Shown piece after piece: positions 59,865-64,000 of a DNA stretch of 64,000 nucleotides. Under the pieces are notes generated by a model. That model was not told the DNA's origin and searched no databases. It saw nothing but the letters and a program-made list of their open reading frames with translations. Within the stretch, counting starts at the first letter, position 1; each line of letters begins with the position of its first letter. This DNA comes from an uncultured Chloroflexia bacterium. GTDB taxonomy: Bacteria; Chloroflexota; Chloroflexia; QHBQ01; JADMIH01. The stretch covers positions 527,924 through 591,923 of the forward strand of contig CAWCNY010000001.1 of NCBI GenBank assembly GCA_963797095.1, read 5' to 3'. The position numbers and the translations under genes were made by a program.

Positions 59865-62800
59865 CTAAGCTGCATAATGCAAGGGCAAGCGCTCTTCCAT
59901 ATTCAAGCGGAACAGGCCGTACGGATTGACGTGGCTGTAGATGAGGGGCGTTAGTGCCCGCATGTCTTCTGGCTTCATTCGCTCCAGCCACCCCGGCTCA
60001 ACCAACACCTCCTGCAGCATCAACGTGTTGATGTACACCAGGCAGTTCTGCACCAGATGCAGCGCGAGCAGGCCAAGCTCCTGGTCAGCCCGGTTGTTGG
60101 TGGCCAACTCCCCGCTCCGTCCGTAGAAGATGAAGCCGTTTGCTGAGTTCCACGTCTCGATGACGTTCAACCCTTCGTGAATCTCCTGCCTGAGCGCTTC
60201 GGATCGCAGGTAGCGACACAGAAAGACAGTCTTGACCGCCTTACCGAGTTCGATCAGCGCTTGGTACGTCGGGTGCTGCACGTTGTTGCGCGTGAATCGA
60301 CGAAGGATGGCTTCGGTTTCCGCTGTTCCCAACCGCAACGCGGTAGCGTACTTGACCATCTCGTCGTATTGCTGGCGGATCAGGTCCCAGTTGATGGGCC
60401 TTGTCAGCACCGGTTGTAGATTGGGATAAGCCTCGGGCCTGCCAGTGTCCGGCCGGTAGAGCTTCTGCGAGTGGATAGCCTTGAGGCGAGGCAGCAGGTC
60501 GAAGTTGAGGAGTTTGCAGAATCCGAATGCTACCTCCGACTGGCCGTGAGAGTCCACCAGATTGCGTTCCACCTCCATTGTGGTGCAGTGTCGCAGCAAG
60601 CCTTCGAGCATCGCCGCCACTTCCGAGGAGGAGCAGCTCTTCAGTTGAGAGTAGATGCACACCGAGTTCTTCTCAACGTGCCAGTACACGAGTACACCGG
60701 GGCCTCGGTAACGGATGTGCCACTCCGTCAGCAGGTTCTGGTCCCATGCTCCGAACTTCTTGGAGTCCGATGCGCAAGTGGTCGTGCCTTCACCCCAGAT
60801 CTGCGGCACTCGTTTGGCGAAGATGGCGTTGGCCACCGCGGCGTTTGCCGCCCGCAGCTGCTCCCGGTCAAGGAAGCGCCGCCGCACGTACTGCAGGTCT
60901 TTGTACGTCTCGCCGTGATCTCCGGCGCACACTCGCTTGAGGCCGGCGTTGGTACCCAACGCATACAGGCAAAGGAGCAGCCGCTTCTGTAGAGTGGCGC
61001 GGTCCATTGCTTCCCAGGCGGTCGCGCTCTTGAAATGCTGGGTGAACCCGACGCGCAGGTCCGTCTCCTTGAGAATGTCGAGCAGCGAGGTCATGGGCCA
61101 ACGGGCGAAGACGGCGGCTTTGAGCTGACCCAGGTTACGAGGCTCCGGCTGCTTATCGAGGGGAGTTACGGAGATCCAACCGCCTCCCCTGTCCAGAATG
61201 CGCACTTTCCGGTTCCTGGGCATTGTCCGGTCCAGTTCCTCCAATTCGCGCCTCATCTGCCCTTGCAGTTCCTGGATAAAGCTCTCCACGTCGAGGGGTT
61301 TTCGGAGCGCTTCGTAGTACACCACCCTCTGGCTGTCAAAGTCGGTGGGCAGGTCCTCGTCAGGGTTGCGGTAAATTCTGCCCCCGAGCACCCAGATCTC
61401 CTTGCAGCGCAGCTTCTCGCGGAGTGTCTCCAGCACGCATAGCTCGTAGTTTATGCGGTTGAGGCGGGGCTGGCCATACTTGTCCTCCCCGACCACAATC
61501 GGCCGCCACTGGGCACGAATGACCCCATGTATGGGCACGATCTCGCCCGCAGGGTAGTATTGCACGGGGCTGTCCGCGTACTTTTCGAGCAAGCGCAGAG
61601 CCTCAATCACCGGCTTGTGAGCCGCATTGTTGGAGTGGAAGTCGAGAACCTCCAGAATGAGGGGTACCATACGGCGGTAGTGGTGGCTGTACGAGGAGCG
61701 CATTCGCAAATGAACTTCCTGATGATAGGTGTGGCTGGCCTTGTACTCCTCGGCCACTTGTCGCAGGGTCTCTTCACTCACCACAGGGAAGGCCACCTCT
61801 TTGACGATACCATCCGGGTGCTCGACCAATGCGCCGGCCAACTGGCCGAAAAGGGCATTCTTGCCCTCTACCTTGCGCAACTCAGCGACGAACCGCTGTG
61901 TGACTTTCTTCTCAGCTCGTGCTCCGATGGCATGCACAATATCGATGAGCAGTTCGACCAGGTTATCGGTGATCTCCTGGCGGCGCAGGTAGCAGTAGGC
62001 TGCGACCAGGGTGTAGCGGATGTTGTCGGGGTGGCGGCGTAGCTCGTACAGTTCCTCAGCGACCGCACGCTGCCGGTAACCGGTCAGCACTCTTGGCGAC
62101 AAACCGGCGAACAAATCGGCGGGCAAATCCAACTCGCGCAACCGGGCGAGTTTGGCGACCTCATTCAGAGCGCTTTCGAGGCTTGGCCGGCCAGGATCGT
62201 GGCGCAGTTCCAGCCAGAAGGGCCGTTCATCAACCTCATCAGCCTCGTCAGCTTCATTAGCCTCGTCGGCGAAGTTAGCCTCGTCAGCATCAGTTCTATT
62301 CCCCTTATTCTTGTTCGCCGCCTTGTTCGCCGCCTTGTTTGCCGCTTCTACGCTAATGGACATTGATGAGGAAACATATGTGGTCGTCTGCAGCAGTTGC
62401 TGAAGTTTCAGTTTCGTGGTTTCCGACAAGCGCCCGGCGATGTCTCCGAACAGGCGCTCCTCATAGGTGTGTAGGGCTGTGCGAATGAGCTTGGCCAATC
62501 GTTCAGGAGTTGGAGGCTCGATGTGCAATGTGCGAAGTCCCCCCATGGCGGCAACTCGCACGTGTTCGATGTCCTGGTCCTGGGCCAGGATCTCGGCGCA
62601 CAGCCATGCAACGAGTTGGTCTTCATCGGCAAGAGTGGGCTCTCGGAATCCAAGGAACTCTCGGATCTGAGCGCGATGGTACTTGATTGCGCGCCCTCGC
62701 CAGTCATACTGTAGGTAAAGAGAAGGTTCCAGGCCGAGTTGTTTGGCGACGTACGTGACCGCTGCACGTGGTATCTCGTTCTTCGCAGACGGAAAGCGAG

Positions 62801-62936
62801 CCTCCAGTTGGAAGAACTTGAGAATGAGAGCGAAGCCCAATCTGGTGGGGCCGGTCTTGTTTTCGAGCAAGGCTAACTCGTTGGGCAGCAATGTCCAGTC
62901 TTCGATCAGGTCCTCGGTGCTCCAGTTACGCTTCAT
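59865..62936 (-). CDS. tnpA: Tn3-family transposase (intact)
   Basis: ATG 62936 (MKRNWS); [24 protein letters not shown] motifs. Confidence 0.95.
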   Translation of the reverse strand: MKRNWSTEDLIEDWTLLPNELALLENKTGPTRLGFALILKFFQLEARFPSAKNEIPRAAVTYVAKQLGLEPSLYLQYDWRGRAIKYHRAQIREFLGFREPTLADEDQLVAWLCAEILAQDQDIEHVRVAAMGGLRTLHIEPPTPERLAKLIRTALHTYEERLFGDIAGRLSETTKLKLQQLLQTTTYVSSSMSISVEAANKAANKAANKNKGNRTDADEANFADEANEADEADEVDERPFWLELRHDPGRPSLESALNEVAKLARLRELDLPADLFAGLSPRVLTGYRQRAVAEELYELRRHPDNIRYTLVAAYCYLRRQEITDNLVELLIDIVHAIGARAEKKVTQRFVAELRKVEGKNALFGQLAGALVEHPDGIVKEVAFPVVSEETLRQVAEEYKASHTYHQEVHLRMRSSYSHHYRRMVPLILEVLDFHSNNAAHKPVIEALRLLEKYADSPVQYYPAGEIVPIHGVIRAQWRPIVVGEDKYGQPRLNRINYELCVLETLREKLRCKEIWVLGGRIYRNPDEDLPTDFDSQRVVYYEALRKPLDVESFIQELQGQMRRELEELDRTMPRNRKVRILDRGGGWISVTPLDKQPEPRNLGQLKAAVFARWPMTSLLDILKETDLRVGFTQHFKSATAWEAMDRATLQKRLLLCLYALGTNAGLKRVCAGDHGETYKDLQYVRRRFLDREQLRAANAAVANAIFAKRVPQIWGEGTTTCASDSKKFGAWDQNLLTEWHIRYRGPGVLVYWHVEKNSVCIYSQLKSCSSSEVAAMLEGLLRHCTTMEVERNLVDSHGQSEVAFGFCKLLNFDLLPRLKAIHSQKLYRPDTGRPEAYPNLQPVLTRPINWDLIRQQYDEMVKYATALRLGTAETEAILRRFTRNNVQHPTYQALIELGKAVKTVFLCRYLRSEALRQEIHEGLNVIETWNSANGFIFYGRSGELATNNRADQELGLLALHLVQNCLVYINTLMLQEVLVEPGWLERMKPEDMRALTPLIYSHVNPYGLFRLNMEERLPLHYAA

Positions 62937-63259
62937 GGCTGTGTCTCGCCTCTCCTGGCCTCTTCCAGTGATCAATGAAAATGACAGGTGAGACAGAGTA
63001 TATTCCTGTCGTAACCTGGGCAGACAGAAAGGCGCTGTATGCACAGTTGGATGTGGAAAACCGGGGCAGCGGGGACGGGCCCTGTAGCAGCGTATCGAAA
63101 TCTGAGTACCAAAAACGCTCGATTCTGCGACTCTCCCCGGAACTCTCTTCTGCCCACCCGCTTCGCGCTTGGAAAGCAGCCGGTGTATGTCACAAAACCC
63201 GTTCCAAAATCAACGTTTCATTTGTTGCATTCTGCCGCGAGTTTTGATACTCTCTAGAC

Positions 63260-63829
63260 ATGCTAGTTGGCTATGCGCGCGTCTCCACCCAGGAGCAGAC
63301 CCTGGGTCTCCAACAGGATGCCTTGAAGAAGGCCGGGTGCGATCGGATCTTCACCGATACAGTAAGCGGTGCGAAATGGACCGCGCAGGAGCGGGTAGGC
63401 CTCTCGGAGGCAATTGAGTTTATGCGCTCCGGAGATACGCTTGTCGTGTGGAAGCTCGACCGATTGGGACGGTCGCTAAAGCACCTGATTGAAACGGTAA
63501 ACATTATTCAAGAGCGAGGCATTGCCTTCAAGAGTTTGACTGAGCAGATAGACACTACCAGTTCCGGCGGTAAGCTAATCTTCCATGTATTTGGGGCATT
63601 AGCCGAGTTCGAGCGCGACCTCATCCGCGAGAGAACAAACGCCGGGCTTCAGGCGGCCCGAGCTAGAGGTAGGCATGGAGGCAGACCTCGGAGGCTCGAT
63701 GAGAAGAAGCTCAAGATGCTCCATGCCTTGTATGCCGACAAGAGCAACTCGGTTGCCGACATATTGGCTACTCTCAACATCTCCAGGTCCACCCTCTACC
63801 GGCACGTGAAAGCAGACAAGCAGCGGTAG
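63260..63829 (+). CDS. tnpR: Serine resolvase
   Basis: GYARVST, GDTLVVWKLDRLGRS, HTH ISRSTLYR. Confidence 0.95.
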   Translation: MLVGYARVSTQEQTLGLQQDALKKAGCDRIFTDTVSGAKWTAQERVGLSEAIEFMRSGDTLVVWKLDRLGRSLKHLIETVNIIQERGIAFKSLTEQIDTTSSGGKLIFHVFGALAEFERDLIRERTNAGLQAARARGRHGGRPRRLDEKKLKMLHALYADKSNSVADILATLNISRSTLYRHVKADKQR

Positions 63830-63904
63830 AAGCCGCTTCCACGACCCTGGCTAGGCCTCGCTACTTTGCCCCTGGTGTTACGAATGTTGGGTTAGGGCCA
63901 GCTA

Positions 63905-64000
63905 AGCAGTCCGGCCATCACCAAGCGAGAGGCGCTGTCGACCACCATAGTCAGGAATGGTCGCACCTCTCCTGAAGGCCGCCGGTGAGAGGGTGCTCTG
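63905..64000 (-). pseudogene. Upstream part of the same Mu/TnsB-type transposase
   Basis: EVRPFLTMVVDSASRLVMAGLLS joins across the duplication to YDEPNRFTVAAA at 59801. Confidence 0.85.

Larger units (their letters stand above)
59807..63899 (-). mobile_element. Minimal intact Tn3-family transposon (tnpA-res-tnpR), 4093 bp
   Basis: 40-bp IRs GGCCC(A/T)AACCCAACATTCGTAACACCAGGGGCAAAGTAGC (39/40 identical); 5-bp duplication AGCTA at 59802-59806 and 63900-63904. Confidence 0.95.

Noticed and set aside
1-64000. CRISPR array, tRNA or rRNA genes
   Set aside because: No regularly spaced repeat-spacer pattern or recognisable structural RNA gene was seen by eye; the repeats at 44957-45060 are IS21 end repeats.

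Overview
This window has two parts. About 4.2-40.6 kb is a dense anti-phage defence island, and both flanks are nested mobile elements. The protein types suggest a Chloroflexota-like host, which is an inference only. The island contains: (i) sbcD-sbcC followed by an McrB-like GTPase with an unusual Cys-rich N-terminal domain and an McrC/DUF2357-like partner; (ii) a minus-strand single-strand DNA phosphorothioation operon sspB-sspC-sspD-sspA. No sspE or sspFGH is recognisable, and the operon continues into a translationally coupled SF2 helicase + MORC/GHKL ATPase + HKD(PLD) nuclease trio, the best candidate for an undescribed PT-linked effector; (iii) a central XRE-HTH/IrrE-like peptidase pair with back-to-back promoters, operator-like palindromes and three small proteins, two of them missing from the ORF track; (iv) a plus-strand operon NERD-pseudokinase, kinase, TerY-P (vWA, PP2C, kinase), Upf1-like SF1 helicase, wHTH-HEPN, coiled-coil McrB and DUF2357/Zn-ribbon protein (CoCoNuT-like). 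vWA and PP2C each carry one apparent extra A. The flanks hold a Tn3 element with an IS66 between tnpA and tnpR, a 4.1-kb cargo-carrying IS21 splitting a resolvase, a 12.7-kb Tn3 with a tyrosine resolvase whose tnpA is interrupted by a two-tyrosine-recombinase element, and a 4.1-kb Tn3 with GGCC ends inserted in a Mu/TnsB-type transposase. All family assignments come from motifs read by eye; no database search was run.
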